A stretch of DNA of 62,881 bases, filler included, from Licmophora abbreviata (GCA_900291995.1; 11 parts of 11 records of this genome joined end to end with filler, not necessarily neighbours in it), one strand, 5' to 3'. Positions 22,787 through 36,345 are shown, numbered from the whole stretch's first letter. Made by a program: numbers and translations. Notes: generated by a model not told the origin, from the letters alone.

Positions 22787-24444
22787 ATGACCCGTCTTCT
22801 CGCTCTCACTACCTTCGTGGCGCTTGGAGCTTCCTACGCTGCGGCGTTCGCGCCCGTTGGCAACAAGGCCATCAAGACTGAGTCTGCGGTGGCCTCGACA
22901 CTCTTCAACCAACCTACCAAGCCGCTCCCTAGAACAGTCATGTCTGATATGCTCACCCAGACAGAGCTTCCAGAAAAGCTCTACTTTCCGAAAGAAAAGG
23001 AAGCCCCCAAGGTCCTTGGTGGACTAAAGATTGGTCTCCGGCAGCTTGTTTGCGTCACAGGTGCCTCGTCGGGTCTCGGTCTCAACTGCGCTGCCACCCT
23101 CGCAAAGACTGGTCGCCACTTTGTCATCATGGCTTGTCGCGACGTTGAAAAGGGAAAGAAAGGTGAGCTTCATGCTTGTGGATACAACTCTATGGTTGGA
23201 GCACTCGCTGTCTACAATAGCATGGTCGCTAACTGAGGCTTCGTCTGTCCTTTCTTTCTGCAGCCGCCAAGGACATGGGAATGCCTGACAACTCGTATGT
23301 TGTCATGAAGCTCGAATTGGGAAGTCTTCAGAGTGTAAGGGACTTCGTTTCCAATCTCAAGGCATTCAAGTCTGCTCGTCCCCTCAACAACCTCATCTTG
23401 AATGCGGCTGTTTACCGACCGACCGACCCAAAGCCGGCCTGGACCGATGATGGCTTTGAAATGTCCATGGTACGTTTCGTTTTACTTTCCATCTTTCGCA
23501 AGACCCGATAACATTTGTAAAACTCATATGCATTGCCTTTTTCACAGGGGGTCAATCACTTTGGACATTTTCTTTTGGTCAACTTGCTACTCGATGACAT
23601 GAGCAAGGCCAAGGGAGCTCGATGCTGCATTGTCGGTTCCATTACAGGCAACACGAACACCGTTGGCGGAGGCCTTGTCTACCCGCAAGCAGATCTCGGA
23701 AATCTTCAAGGATTCGAAAAGGGCGCCATGAAGCCAATCGAGATGGCAGATGGCAAACCTTTCTTTGGGGCCAAGGCTTACAAGGACTCCAAGGTAGGTT
23801 TGTGGCATCAGCTGTCGGCGACTCGTTCTCCCCTTGCAGAAGATGTGTTGTAAATTACTTATCCTCTGGCTGCTTTTCTGTTCTACAGGTCTGCAACATG
23901 ATGACTGTGTCCGAGCTGCACCGTCGCTACCATGACAGCACCGGCATTATCTTCTCCAGTATGTACCCTGGATGCATTGCGGAGACACAGTTGTTCCGCG
24001 AGAAGCGTTCTTGGTTCCGCAAGGTAAGAAGGATGTAACGAGAGGTGGACTGCTTATGATATTATTTCAAATCGTGCGTGACGAGCCCCAAACTCACATG
24101 CCGCGTGTCTCTTTTCTACAAAGGCCTTCCCGTGGTTCATGAAGTACGTGACTGGCGGTTACGTTGGCATGGAGGAAGCCGGCGAACGTCTTGCGCAAGT
24201 GATCGACGACCCGAAGTGCGACAAGTCGGACGTTTACTGGAGCTGGAATGGTGGAGCTCAGACGGTTGGCTTTTGGAGTTCCGACGGCAAGCCGAAGGGC
24301 GCTGGCGGCTCTGGCGGTGAGATTTTCGAGAACAGCCAAAGTGACGCCGTCCGGGATCGCAACACGGCTAAGAAGATGTGGGATTTGAGTGTCGATGTTG
24401 TCGGCCTATCGAAGAAGGAAATGTGCAAGGGCATGAAGGATTAA
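22787..24444 (+). CDS. POR: Light-dependent protochlorophyllide oxidoreductase, plastid-targeted, 5 exons
   Basis: AAA-FAP bipartite presequence, [16 protein letters not shown], catalytic [29 protein letters not shown] and YWSWN. Confidence 0.95.
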
Positions 24445-24594
24445 TGAGTTGGAGATGCGTCCTGGTGCCATAGCTTCACAGATCACATCTCAAGCAGAAA
24501 CGCAGACGGCACCGCGTGGCGACAGTATTCTTGAATATGTATTATAATCACACAACTACAGTATCCCAAGGCATTCTTGATTTCAATTCTGATA

Positions 24595-25429
24595 TCATCC
24601 ACCTTGGTCATTGTTGCTGCTCGAGTCGCTGTCTCGCACTCGACAGTGTTGAAACCAGAAGCCGCAGACTGACACAAGAGCAACGTATATGAGACCTACA
24701 ATGAGGAATGCCACAAGCACTCGCATCTTCCATAGTCGCCAACGCATCATATTTTTCAGTTGATTGGTCTGTTTCTTGAAAACGACGCTGTCTCGCTTCA
24801 TCGTTTCCGCCTTTGCCTCCATACTTTCGAGCGTCTCTCCCCTTCGCAGCAACAAGTTTATGTTTTCACCCATTACATCTTTCATCTTTTCCACCTTGGC
24901 CGCAACCTGCTTCACTTTTGCATCCCGACGTAACATTTCATGATTCGAATTGTAATAGTGCATAGCGGAACGAAGATGATGCTTGAAGTCCTTCTCCATT
25001 CCGTAGGCGTTGGCTCGCTTGATACGACTTGGCTTGTACAAACGAGTAAACTCCTTGCAGACGAACGCGAGAAAGGCGAGATTCCTGGGGAAGAGAGCAG
25101 ATCGAGCATGAGCAAAGGATNNNNNNNNNNNNNNNNNNNNNNNNNNNNNNNNNNNNNNNNNNNNTTAATTAATTAANNNNNNNNNNNNNNNNNNNNNNNN
25201 NNNNNNNNNNNNNNNNNNNNAAAAAGCTCCAGAAGAAATCCTGCTCTTCGTTTTCATTCTGCTGCAGAAACGTCTTGCGTTCCTTCTCCCGCAATTCGAT
25301 AGGATGGTCGCGAAGATACTCCATGAGAGCCATGTTCACTTGGGGAGCGTTGCCTTGCATTTCAGACGAATAATTCTCGGCCAAGACGACAGCATCGCTT
25401 GAACGGTAGATTGAAGCATAAATAATCAT
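24595..25429 (-). CDS. VAMP7: Longin R-SNARE (VAMP7-like), interrupted by gap
   Basis: Longin start MIIYASIYR...VVLAE, R-SNARE motif VMGENINLLLRRGETLE and a C-terminal TM segment. Confidence 0.85.
25121..25220. other. Assembly spacer
   Basis: Same 100-nt linker; interrupts VAMP7. Confidence 0.97.
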
Positions 25430-25956
25430 GACCACAAAGAGAAGTCTACTGGTTCAAGCGCCCAGCGACAGGAGAAGGATCCGTAATGGAAGTGTCGTCG
25501 AGTCACCGCCCCCCAATGTGTTTGTTCATCACCGATCACTGCCATTGTCACATCGCATCGCATCATCGCTTGATTGCTGCGAGGCCGCCCGGCGCGCTCT
25601 ATCATAGCGCGAGGTCCGACAAGAGAGGCCGCGACGCCAAAGACTCGTCGCGCGTGCGTCTCTCGGTTTGAATGGAGATTCCCGCCGAGTGTTTCACACG
25701 AGCCCCGACAGGCGTGTGGATCCGCGTCGACTAGGATGAAATCGAGGCAATTTCATAATCATCAGAGGCTCTTTGTTCTTGCTTACAGCGTATTGGCTGC
25801 GTGCTCTATCTGAGGTTGTCAAAAAGGAGATTCGATACTTTCGGAGAGGGGATGCCAACCCATCAGCGTCGTGGAGCGGACAGTGATAAAGGCGCACAAT
25901 TTACGCGGTACTTCAAAGAAAAATAAGTCGATCTATACTATGTAATCATGCCGCTT

Positions 25957-28900
25957 TCATATATCTCCTTTGCCACATTGAGCACGATAGTGGGCATTTT
26001 GGGCTTGTCGTCGTCGATCATCCATGAGCTGTTGCCGTTGACGGAGACGCAGTTGTCGCTCGCGAATGCGATCGCAGAAAGGAAGCGGACAAGACCCACG
26101 AACGGTACACAGTCGCGCATGCATGGTTAAAAGCGAAAGCAGCCGCGAGCAAGTCTTACACCCCTTCTTGTACGTCACTTCGCACGTCTTGACGTGATCG
26201 AAGAGCTTCTTCATTCTCGCGCAATTGTTCAAAGAGCAGTCGCCTTGACAAGACGCTGCATGTGCAGCCAGTTCAAGGTGTAGTTTGATCTTTCGTGATC
26301 TCTCTTCTCGACTCTTTTGAGTGTCGGGAGGGGCTTCGGTGTTGATGGGAATGAATGTGTGGTCAGAGTCATGGGCAAAGCGCGAGTCTCGCTGGGCCCA
26401 CAGCCCTGTAACTACTGGATCGTAGCAATCCTCGCACAAGTCGAAGCTGGAACATTCGTTGCAGTGATAGCGAATACCATGCGTGATTTCTCTGTAGCAT
26501 GCACCACATTGCTGCAGGAACAAGGGGGCAGACGGGTTGTGTAGCTGGAAGAGGACCATCATGGTCGAGTGTTTTGCACGACGCAACTCGTCGAACTGAA
26601 AGTTGTTTGTCTGACAGTAATTGAGAAACTGTTGTCGTGACTCGAAAATTTCATTCTCTTGTAGCTCGTCATCGTCGATCGTTGACGACACAGCCTTAGC
26701 GGGATGGTCAGATGATGAGTTGGATTCTTCATGGGTGCGCTTCGCTCGGAGGGGGGTTTGTGTCGTGCTCGACATGCTGCGACATTTTGACTCGTCAACG
26801 GGATCCGCTAAGGTGTTCTCGCTGAGCTTTGAAATGGTCTTTTTACTGGAGTTGCTTGCTGTCAGGTCATCCTGTGCCTCAGCACTGACATCCTTCTCGT
26901 TATTGACAGCCGAACACAGCTGCTCCTCCGCAGCGCTATTCTCTAGCAACGTTTTTGTCGTCGGTTCGACTACCTTGGATTGATCTGACAAGCTGGCTTC
27001 GTCACACGCATTTGAAGAGACAGCTACCGTATCGCCGTGTGATTGCTCGTTTCCAGGGGGATCAGTTAAGGTTCCCAATGCTTCTGGCGAGTCACCGATC
27101 GCATCTTGTTTGGTGGTTGGGGGTGAATCAGAAGACTCAGATCCATCATTTTCATTGGTTCCAAAAGTGCTAGCGCCTATTCGCTCTGCCGACTCGGTCT
27201 CGACACCATTGTCTGAGATGGACTTGACGGTTTCCATTACAGCGGCATTCGTGCCGCTTCGGGGTTGCGCGACGGCGCTGTCTTCAACCTCCGTCAAACC
27301 CACAGAGGCAACGAGCAGCTCTTGATATCTGGCAGGACGACTGCACACTTTCGGTTCAGGGTTCTCGGTTGCTGTCGACTGCTGCTGGGGAGGCGAGTCA
27401 AAGGTAGAGATCGCTGGGAGACCGAACGACTGCTTTTCGCTTTCTAACTCTTGCAATGGCGCTTTGTCCGATTTCTTGGCATTGCCGCGTTGCGTGTCAA
27501 AGGAGGACAAGTCATCTCCATGCCGTTGCTTTTTGCTTGCAGTTGACTCTCTGCACTCATCGTCTGCCCTGTCACTAACGTCATTTCCTCTTTCCACTGC
27601 GACTAGGCGCGCCACTATGAAATTTCTTTTCATGTTGCTTATCGCGAGCCCAAGTCGGAGCATTACTTTGTCCTGTGTGAGATTCAGAAGAGTACCAGGA
27701 TTGGATCGTGTTCCCAGCTTGAGACCTGTTGTCGACTCTGATAATTTGCCACTAGACACAGTCTTGGGGCCTTCCTCCGCTTCGATCTCTTTCAGTATGT
27801 TCTCTAGTTCTCCCTGAATATAGTCGCCTTCGAAGTATGGAAGAGACAAGGGCGTCGATGCGGACCCGAAGGTAGCATCTGCCCCTCCATTTCGGAAGAA
27901 CTCATCGTACAAGCTTTTCGTCTGGAGGACTATCCCCTCTGCCTTCGCCTTTTCTAGCATGTCAATATACCATTGACAAAGCATTTCGTCTTTTGGAATA
28001 AGCTGGTGCTTCGGATGGCAATGCAGGATGTAGTCGTCGCCTGGCGACGGTGGACAGCTCCAAATATGGGCTGTGTGGAAGCCCTTTTCCTTCACGTATC
28101 GCAAGTACTCTACGATCACTGCTTGGTAAACAATTGTCCTGCACCATTTGGGCTCTAGATACTGGACCGAGTCGATATACGATATGTATACGCGCCCTCG
28201 ATTAGGAGCAGGACACGAGTCATCGTACTCATACACGTACATAGCAAACACTAGCACGTCCACCCCGTGAATGCTTTGGAACAACGCGATGCACTTCGAC
28301 CTGACAGGAAATTCAGAGGGAAAGCCTGCCCCAGAGTAGCGCCGGTACATCTGTAGAAAGAGGCACTTGTGTGAGCGATCGATTCATGTACTTACAGCGC
28401 AGGGCAAAAGCAAAGAGTATGGACACTTACTTCGTCGCGGACAACATGTTTCTTCTCCATATTGGAGACGACCCTAACGTACAGCGGATCGGCCTTCTTC
28501 GTCTCGTCAAGGGTGATCGCTAGATCCTCTAAGCGCGTCGCGTAGGCCTTGATCAAAGTAGAATGCAACCCCTCTTCAATGGCACGGCTCATCTTGCTAT
28601 GTGGAAGATCTTTCGCTGATTTGAGCAAGCAACTTTCCTCGGATAATAGCGCACCACCCGACACTTTCTTCGCGACGTTGCATTTTGGGCACATGTAGGA
28701 CGATGATGACTTATTTTTGCGCCCGTTGAACAATGCGCATATCTGATGAACCCAAGAATCACAATAGTCGCACTGAACCCACGCCTCTTCGGGCAAGGCA
28801 TCGTTCTTGCCCTCTTGTAGATCCTTCTTTCGAATCTCGCTGCCATCATCCAGAAAAATTGGATTTTTGTCGCTCAGCTCTGAATGACATGGCCCACACC

Positions 28901-31527
28901 AGTGGTTCATCTTTGAGCGATCAGTGAAGTACCGTGCATTACGTCGAATACGCTGCTGACCACACGAGCCATTGCAATATAGGACAGTGGGCTCAAAAAG
29001 TTTGCGCTTTCCTCCACAAAGTGAGCAAGTGTCGCCGTTAACCTCCACATTATCTTCATCCGCTTGGTGATCTATCAGGAGGAAGACTTGCCGTGTGAGA
29101 GCGACCCATAACGCTTCGCCCAAGCTATCCTTGTTAAATCGAAGTAGTCACTCACCATGAAGCACTTTGTTGTACTCTTTCGTGAAACGAAGGAGCAAGC
29201 CCTTCGCCATATCACCAACTTCACTGTCCTCTCCATTATACAGAATTGCGTTGTCGAAGACTAGTCGAGTGTCGCGCTCAAACGATTCCATGTCATTGTA
29301 GAGAGCAGTCTCCAGACGTTGCAAGACCAGGCTCAAGTGGATTGGGCTCTTCACTACATCGTAGTAGTCAGGAAGACCAAGTGCAATTGGGTCAACTGGG
29401 TCTCGGAATACCCAGGCATCGACATGGCTCAAAAGATTCCGAAGTAGCGGCAAACACTTCTGAGATATAGCTCTAGAGCTCAGATGCCGCCTGCCCTGTA
29501 ACGATTTGACATGACTCTCGATGGAAGAAACTGACATTGCTTGAATGACCGATGTTGCTGGGCTACCGGTACCTGTCTTCGAGCGTTCGCCGCGAGTAAG
29601 CGACCCTTCGGGTGTACAGCCGGACACAGTCGAGACCCCATTCTGACTGGAGTCTATGCTCATTCTATTTTGCTTCGACCCTCGTACTCTGCCTTCATTG
29701 GTGTCCACAATGGACATGTCTTCGGCTAAGCGCTTCGTCGGAAGCATTCTCAACGCATGGTCTTCATCGCTTGACAGTTGACTCATCAACCCAACGGACT
29801 TCCCCTTGCCGCCTCCTCCCAACGGCATATGCTCAGCTGCATAAGCATGACTACTCGAAAGACCGTCCTGATATTTAATGGACTGCTTCGCCTGAGAGCT
29901 ACTTTGATCTTCCACCCCTTTTATTTGTGGTGTGGTTGATATTTTCGCTTGAAGTTGCTCTTCTTGGGTTTGGACCTGATGATGTTGCAGCCGTGCAAGC
30001 AGGCTCTGTTGCTGCTGCAGTTCGTCGCCAGGTTGTGTGGGCAGGAGCGATGTCTGATGCTGCCGCATCACTTCCTGTTGCCGCTTTAATTTGGACTGTT
30101 GCTCCTCGAGTTGTTTGAGCAGCTCTTGTTGCTGGTTGATCTTCTCACGCGCAATTTTCAATTCCTTTGACTTGTCCAAACCCGAGGAGCTGATATTGGG
30201 TACAGGACTCAAATTGGCGTCCGGAGTAACAAGTGCTTCTTGCGAAGGGGAATCAGCTTCGGTTTCTGCCTCCATTATTTTCTCCAAGCGAATCTTCCTC
30301 ATAACGGGGCCGCACACTTCACAAGAAGAGGTTTTTCTCTCACTCTTGCATACGCGGTAATGGTTCAAGACGCAACGGCTGCTCAAGCAGTGCGCCTTCG
30401 CACAATTCTTGTCGCGACAGTTCCTCATGTGTTTCCAGAGCGACACCATTTGCTGACAATGTTTTGTCTTGCAATCAGGGCCTAGTTTACACTTGCTCGC
30501 ATGGCGAAGGAGTAGAAGTCGTTGTCGCTGGTATCGAACAACCTTCTTCTTTTTCGCAGCTGCAACGGGATCGTAGTACTTGGCCGTGGTAGTTTTTAGA
30601 ATCCCAGTTGTGCCCGCAGTTGATGATGAGAAACGAGCCGTTGATTCGCGCGTCTCTTCCACCGGGACACCGTGTTCTACCGGGGACTCGATCTCCTCAC
30701 TCCTGATCCCTCTGCGTTGGTGAAAGCCCTCCTCGACCCTCTCAGCTGTCGGCTGGATCGCTCGTGAATTCGAGAGAAAAGAAGGTTCGACGGCTTCGTC
30801 TCTTTGAGCGCGACTTCGTTGCGCGGGAAGATCTGGACGGTGAGCTTCAAGACCTTGCGCGATCAGCTGTAGACGCATCTTCAATGTAGTGGGATCAAGG
30901 TAAACATCTTNNNNNNNNNNNNNNNNNNNNNNNNNNNNNNNNNNNNNNNNNNNNTTAATTAATTAANNNNNNNNNNNNNNNNNNNNNNNNNNNNNNNNNN
31001 NNNNNNNNNNCCAATATGGCATCCATAGATTGCCCTACTGTTCGATGACCTCCCTGATCATATGCACCGGCTGCGAGATGCTGCTGCTGTTGGAAAAGCG
31101 ATTGGGAGCCGGTCGAGTTGTTGACAATCCCCGACTGATCAGCTACGCCTCCGACACTTCCAGCGGACTGATGTAACCCCCTCGTGTAGTTCGAGGTTTG
31201 GCCCCGACTTCCAACCTGTTCGTGCTGGTTCATGATGGGGAACGTAACGCCGCCCGTCCCTGGTAACATGCCGTGACCGCGACCGAGTTCGGCGCCAATG
31301 AACCCTTGTGGCATCTCCAGTCCTCCAAGGCTCGCGATGCTCATATGTGGTGGCAAACCAGGGATGCTCATACCAGCCTCCATCAAAGGAAGCTGTGGCA
31401 TACTCTGCGATCCTCGCTGGCGATGCAGTTGTGCCTGCATTTCTTGCTGGAGACGCTGCATGGTTCGGATCTCCTCCTGTATCTGCGCAGGCCCTATGGC
31501 CCGCCCCCCGCGGTGTCCTGGATCCAT
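25957..31527 (-). CDS. CBP: CBP/p300-type (KAT3) histone acetyltransferase, multi-exon, spans a gap
   Basis: Domain order is Q-rich N-terminus, TAZ (LLLLRHASKC), bromodomain (WVFRDPVDP...LPDYYDVVK), RING/PHD (WVHQIC), HAT (VYISYIDSV, HIWSCPP, LPYFEGDY), ZZ and TAZ2. Confidence 0.92.
30911..31010. other. Assembly spacer
   Basis: Same 100-nt linker; interrupts CBP. Confidence 0.97.
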
Positions 31528-31677
31528 AGCTCAGTTCAGAGAAGAAGAGCAGGAAAACTGACTCCCTGAGTTGAACGAGGCGAGGATATGGTCTAAGAAT
31601 GAGGTTGTGTCACGACAAACGCGGGATGGTTTGTATGAAACCGATGATATGATGGCAATAAATACGAAGCCCGAGGC

Positions 31678-31691
31678 TTTTTCCCGCCAAA
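31678..31691 (+). promoter_or_regulatory. Putative E2F site TTTTTCCCGCCAAA upstream of CBP
   Basis: Matches the TTTSSCGC consensus with the extended CAAA, about 150 nt upstream of the presumed CBP start. Confidence 0.4.
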
Positions 31692-32150
31692 CTTTGTGGT
31701 TTGGAAAAGGGGTGCGCACTGTCCAGAATCTGTTTCAGAAATTCAAAACTATCCCAAAAATAGCCGAAATGTTATTTCAAGCAAAACAAAGCACCTAAAT
31801 AAAAAATTAATGGCCTAAAAGGCAAGAAAATTCGAGAATGACCGCGTCGTTTGGCGAAAGTCCGTAGGGCGTCCCTATCCCAGGCGCGATGAAGGAAAGG
31901 TGATGATGCAGAAACTATGCGTCTGTCTGGCAGGCGCTATCAGATAGCAAATCCATACCGTGAATCATCAAAGAGATGCGGGGAGGAGAGGCCTGACGAT
32001 CGCACGCTAGAGTAGAAGCATCTTGATCTTCCCGTGTAAAGGGCCGAGAGGGTAAAACTGTCTTTTCGATACAGAAGCTAGTTTGCCACGAGCAAAAACT
32101 TGTTGTCAGAGCTGGATGAGTAATGTCCCCATCGACTCTAGCTACTGACT

Positions 32151-33041
32151 CTACGAGCCCTTCTTCCCGTCCACGAATTGGGCCTGCCATTCCGTTAACG
32201 CGGTCTTCATGAGTCCATTTAACTTGCATACACTCCGATACGGCTTGATGCCCTTCTCAAAGGCCTCTTGCCACGTCTCGAATAGTCCCGCTTTGACGAG
32301 ACACGCACACATGACGGTCGTACTTCGTCCGCGCCCATGAGCGCAGTGGACGAGTACGTCGCCCTTCTTCCGCGCTTGGACGGCAAACGTTGCTGCATGC
32401 TCGAGCTGCTTCGGTGATGCTGGAACACCGTCCCATGTAGCGACCAAGCAATAGGACTGCGTGCGATCAATACATCTCTCAGGAAACTCGACAGTCAAGT
32501 CGATGATACCCGCCCAGTCCTTGTTGAGCTCATTGGCGTAGCACCCGCCGACCCACCAGCCTGGTTGCACTTCGGAAGCCAGAGGCACCATCTGAGTCTG
32601 GATTTTTCCGTCTGGGGTCTTCACCTTTGTCTTGCCGGTACGAGTATGAATGTGCGTATACAGCATGGACGGCAAATGAAATGGAAAGTAGAGAATGCTG
32701 CTCCACAGAGGAATTTGGCCAGTCTCGGGGTCCTTGCCTATCAATTGCATCCCCATCTCGAGCTTGAACAGAACGGCGACAATCCCATTCAGCAGAGCAG
32801 AATAGCCTAACACACCCGCAGAAGCTAGTTGCCAGAGAGGCATGGCATCCTCTACCGTTAGGCGTCGCGAGCCAGTCGAAAACATCTGCGCCATCTCTTC
32901 TCCAATGCCGACGCCACCCGTCATGAACGAATATCCAGCATATGAGATCGCCGAAAGGCCGACATACTTCAGATAAACACCATGAACAGCCCCCATGGTT
33001 GAAGAGGTGGAGTTTGTTGGTGTCGGCAGTCCTTTTACCAC
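32151..33041 (-). CDS. Membrane-anchored dual-specificity (CX5R) phosphatase, YnbD C-terminal-like
   Basis: VLVHCAHGRGRST active-site loop, IIDLTVEF and WD acid loop. Hydrophobic N-terminal segments. The true start may be the downstream MGAVHG. Confidence 0.8.
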   Translation of the reverse strand: MVKGLPTPTNSTSSTMGAVHGVYLKYVGLSAISYAGYSFMTGGVGIGEEMAQMFSTGSRRLTVEDAMPLWQLASAGVLGYSALLNGIVAVLFKLEMGMQLIGKDPETGQIPLWSSILYFPFHLPSMLYTHIHTRTGKTKVKTPDGKIQTQMVPLASEVQPGWWVGGCYANELNKDWAGIIDLTVEFPERCIDRTQSYCLVATWDGVPASPKQLEHAATFAVQARKKGDVLVHCAHGRGRSTTVMCACLVKAGLFETWQEAFEKGIKPYRSVCKLNGLMKTALTEWQAQFVDGKKGS

Positions 33042-33365
33042 AACGCTGCGCTGTGGCTTTTCGTCGGATCGCCATTTTGTCGGATGTGAAAAAAGCCTTG
33101 CCAGTTATGAGTTCTCATATGACGTCATACAATTGGTCCAAAGTGTAATTTTGAGAGAAATTTGGCATACAGAACTGTGGTCAAGTATCCGTTCTGTGCC
33201 ATCATTCCCAAAACCTCGGGAATGAAGAGAGGAAAAACTTGAATCTCCTTTCGCGGACATGCCTCCGCGCAAAACTGGCGAGGGCGCTGTCGTCGTCGTT
33301 GTCGACACCATCAACGCTGTCACTGGTCTGAAAGAAGCCTTTTCACCACTACTCGTACAGCCTTC

Positions 33366-34298
33366 ATGTTTTCAAGTGCGTCACATTCTAATCCAGAATC
33401 GGAAGCAGCCGGCAAGATGAACGAGAAGGAGAACGTCAGCCACAATCGCAACATTTCGTCGTTGGACGAAGTCGCCGAGAATGCCAAGGCCGGCAAGCAG
33501 TGGTGTCTCGACGATTTTGAGATCGGAAAGCCGCTCGGAAAGGGAAAGTTCGGGTCTGTCTATCTTGCACGGGAGAAGCGAACCAAGTACATTGTCGCGA
33601 TCAAGGTACTTCAGAAGTCCCAGCTACTCAAGGCAGGAGTCGAGCATCAGCTTCGCCGCGAGATTGAAATCCAGAGCCACCTTCGCCACCGAAGCATTCT
33701 TCGCATGTACGGATACTTCTACGACGCCAAGCGCATCTACCTCATTCTTGAGTTCTCACCCGGAGGAGAGCTCTACCGTCGTCTTCAGGCGAAAGGTCGA
33801 TTCTCCGAAAGGTCGTCCGCCAGGTTCATCGCCGACCTCTCTCTGGCGCTTGACTATTGCCATTCGAAGCACGTCATTCACCGTGATATCAAGCCTGAGA
33901 ATCTCTTGTTGGGTGCGAACAATGAGATCAAGATTGCTGACTTTGGCTGGTCCGTTCACGCTCCAACGTCTCGACGCAATACTTTTTGTGGAACGTTAGA
34001 CTACGTGCCACCCGAGATGGTCGAGGGACGCGATCATGACGAACAAGTCGACGTATGGAGTCTCGGCATTCTTCTTTACGAGTTCCTTGTCGGCAACCCT
34101 CCATTCGAAGCAGAGTCGCATAATGCCACGTACCGCCGGATCTCTCGTGTCGACCTTCACTTTCCCCATGGAGTTGCCGAAGACGCTCAAGACCTCATCC
34201 GCCGACTGTTGCAGAAGGATCCTCGCAAGCGCATGGCGTTGAAGAGCGTCCCGAACCATCCGTGGGTGCGACGCTGGACGAAAGACCGGGAAGCCTAG
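33366..34298 (+). CDS. AUR: Aurora kinase
   Basis: [55 protein letters not shown]. Confidence 0.95.
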   Translation: MFSSASHSNPESEAAGKMNEKENVSHNRNISSLDEVAENAKAGKQWCLDDFEIGKPLGKGKFGSVYLAREKRTKYIVAIKVLQKSQLLKAGVEHQLRREIEIQSHLRHRSILRMYGYFYDAKRIYLILEFSPGGELYRRLQAKGRFSERSSARFIADLSLALDYCHSKHVIHRDIKPENLLLGANNEIKIADFGWSVHAPTSRRNTFCGTLDYVPPEMVEGRDHDEQVDVWSLGILLYEFLVGNPPFEAESHNATYRRISRVDLHFPHGVAEDAQDLIRRLLQKDPRKRMALKSVPNHPWVRRWTKDREA

Positions 34299-34898
34299 GC
34301 CATCATAAGGGGATTGCCGAGAACGAGTGCACGCGCGATGACGGCTTGTCGCCGTCTTTGAAGACAGTACAATGATCGGCAGGGGGTATCAACCACGGCG
34401 CTAGTGTGTCTAGAGTTGTCTAGAGTTCCATAACAGCAGCGAGAGCGCAAGCTACTTAGTTTCTGCTTGTCACGCAATTCCATGAATGTAGCCTCGTGAA
34501 GATATTCGATAGAGCATGCCATTCCACACTCCGTGAGGCAGCTGCGCGAACCATCGTTTTGTGTTGTGCTTCCCATTTGAAGTTTCGCAACGTACCAGCA
34601 AAGCGAGTATCTAGCGTCCTACCGTACCGTATTCCGGGGCCTTCGTACTCGTATTCTCAGCACGCAATAGAAATGTACTTCTACGATTTAGATCTACAGC
34701 AAGAGAACATACGTCACTCTAAAGATCTTATCTGTACAAAACCGACGGCTGCAAGCGTTTCGAATTTCACATCCACACTCAACGCCTTTCATTTCAACCG
34801 ACAAAGACAGGTCGGCGACAAACGTGCACTTCAACGATCTGCGTTCGCTTCCGTAAGAACGTGCAATGGCAGTGAGTCCCCAAGAGTCACCAACTAGA

Positions 34899-36345
34899 TT
34901 ACTGTTCGCTGCTAGCAATAGCAACTTCGAGACTCTCGGCGATGACGTTGGCCATGTCGTCAAAGTCCTCGTCGTCCCACATCAGGGGCATTCGGACGTC
35001 ACATGCCCGTGAGAGCATCTCAGCAGTCATGGGAAGAGGGTCTTCTGCCGGCGCAAAGCCCCAATTGACGAAATTTCTGGCGTTACTTTTGTGTCCAAAG
35101 AGCTCGACGGGGAGGCCGTGGTCGGCGCACTCGTCAAGGAACGTTTGAATCATCGCGGGGGTGAACTTCTTGTCGAGGTTGAACTGGAGCGAGTCGTGGA
35201 CGGGAGTGGTGACTCCGGGGGTGTTGACTGGGATCGACATGTGGTCGCCGGCGCGCTCTTGGAGCTTGGCGGAGAGGTCAGCATATCGTCTGTTGTACTT
35301 TTCGATGCGCTCTTCGAGCGTGAGGATCTGAGGACGAATCACCGCGGCAGCAAGATTACTCATGCGGAGACTGTAGTTCGGAAGCTCGGTGGGAAGATCC
35401 TTGAAGTGCTCAGGTCCTGGGACGGTAATGTGCTTTCCGGCGAGGCCTTCATATGCTCCTGCGTAGACAGCGGTACGCGCCGCAATCGCGGGATCATCCG
35501 TCAACAAAAATCCTCCCTCTCCGGAGTTGATCATCTTGTAGCTCTGGCTACTGACTGCACACGCCCGGCCCATGTGACCGGTGTGCTTGTCCTGCCAGCG
35601 GACACCGAGAGAATGAGCGCAGTCCTCAAGGAGGACGGCTCCGTACTTGTCGCAAAGGTCAGCAATCGTGTCCATGTCAGCAACCTTTCCACGCATGTGC
35701 GAGATAAGAACGTGCTTGCAGTCGGGATTGGCTTTGAGCTTGATTTCCAAGTCGGTCGGGTCCATCACGTGGTTGTAATCAGATTCGACGTAAACGGCCT
35801 TTCCGCCAGCATGCTCGATCGCGCTGGGCACAGCACCGAACGTGAAGGCATTGCTGATCACCTTTCCTCCGTGCGGGAGGTCAGTGGTCTTCAAGAGAAG
35901 CATGAGGGCCGAGCCGCAGGAGTTGAGGGCGACGCAGTACTTGAATCCGGTGTAATCCGCGATGTCCTGCTCGCACTGACTAACGACACTCTCCTCCCCC
36001 TTTCCAATATTGTAACGGTACAAACGCCCGGTCTTCATCAGCTCCAATGCGGCCTCCTGTCCAGCAGCAGGCACGGGATCCGGCGTCTTGATGTCGCGGG
36101 TCACGTAGGCACGGTCCTTCAATCTGAAGTTTGTCGGGAGACAAAGGGGATGAGTGAACAGTTTAACTTCGCAAATTATGTACAGAAGATCTCCATTATT
36201 GCAACATTTCGACTTACCCAGGGATGTTCGTCTTCTGGGCCGATTTCGTATTGGTTTTCATGGGGTTGGTCAACAACGCATGGGACGAAGATGTCAAGGC
36301 GGCGACCGCAATGACGGCGAGACTAGTGAAACGAAGAGGAGCCAT
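34899..36345 (-). CDS. DegT/DnrJ/EryC1/StrS-family PLP aminotransferase with N-terminal presequence, 2 exons
   Basis: ALNSCGSAL, LEDCAHSLG and SSQSYKMINSGEGG (Schiff-base Lys). Exon 1 36345..36218 (MAPLRFTSLAVIAVAALTSSSHA-LL), intron 36124..36217. Confidence 0.88.

Noticed and set aside
35091..36314. 407-aa plus-strand ORF
   Set aside because: Antisense shadow of the aminotransferase caused by codon bias; no recognisable motifs.
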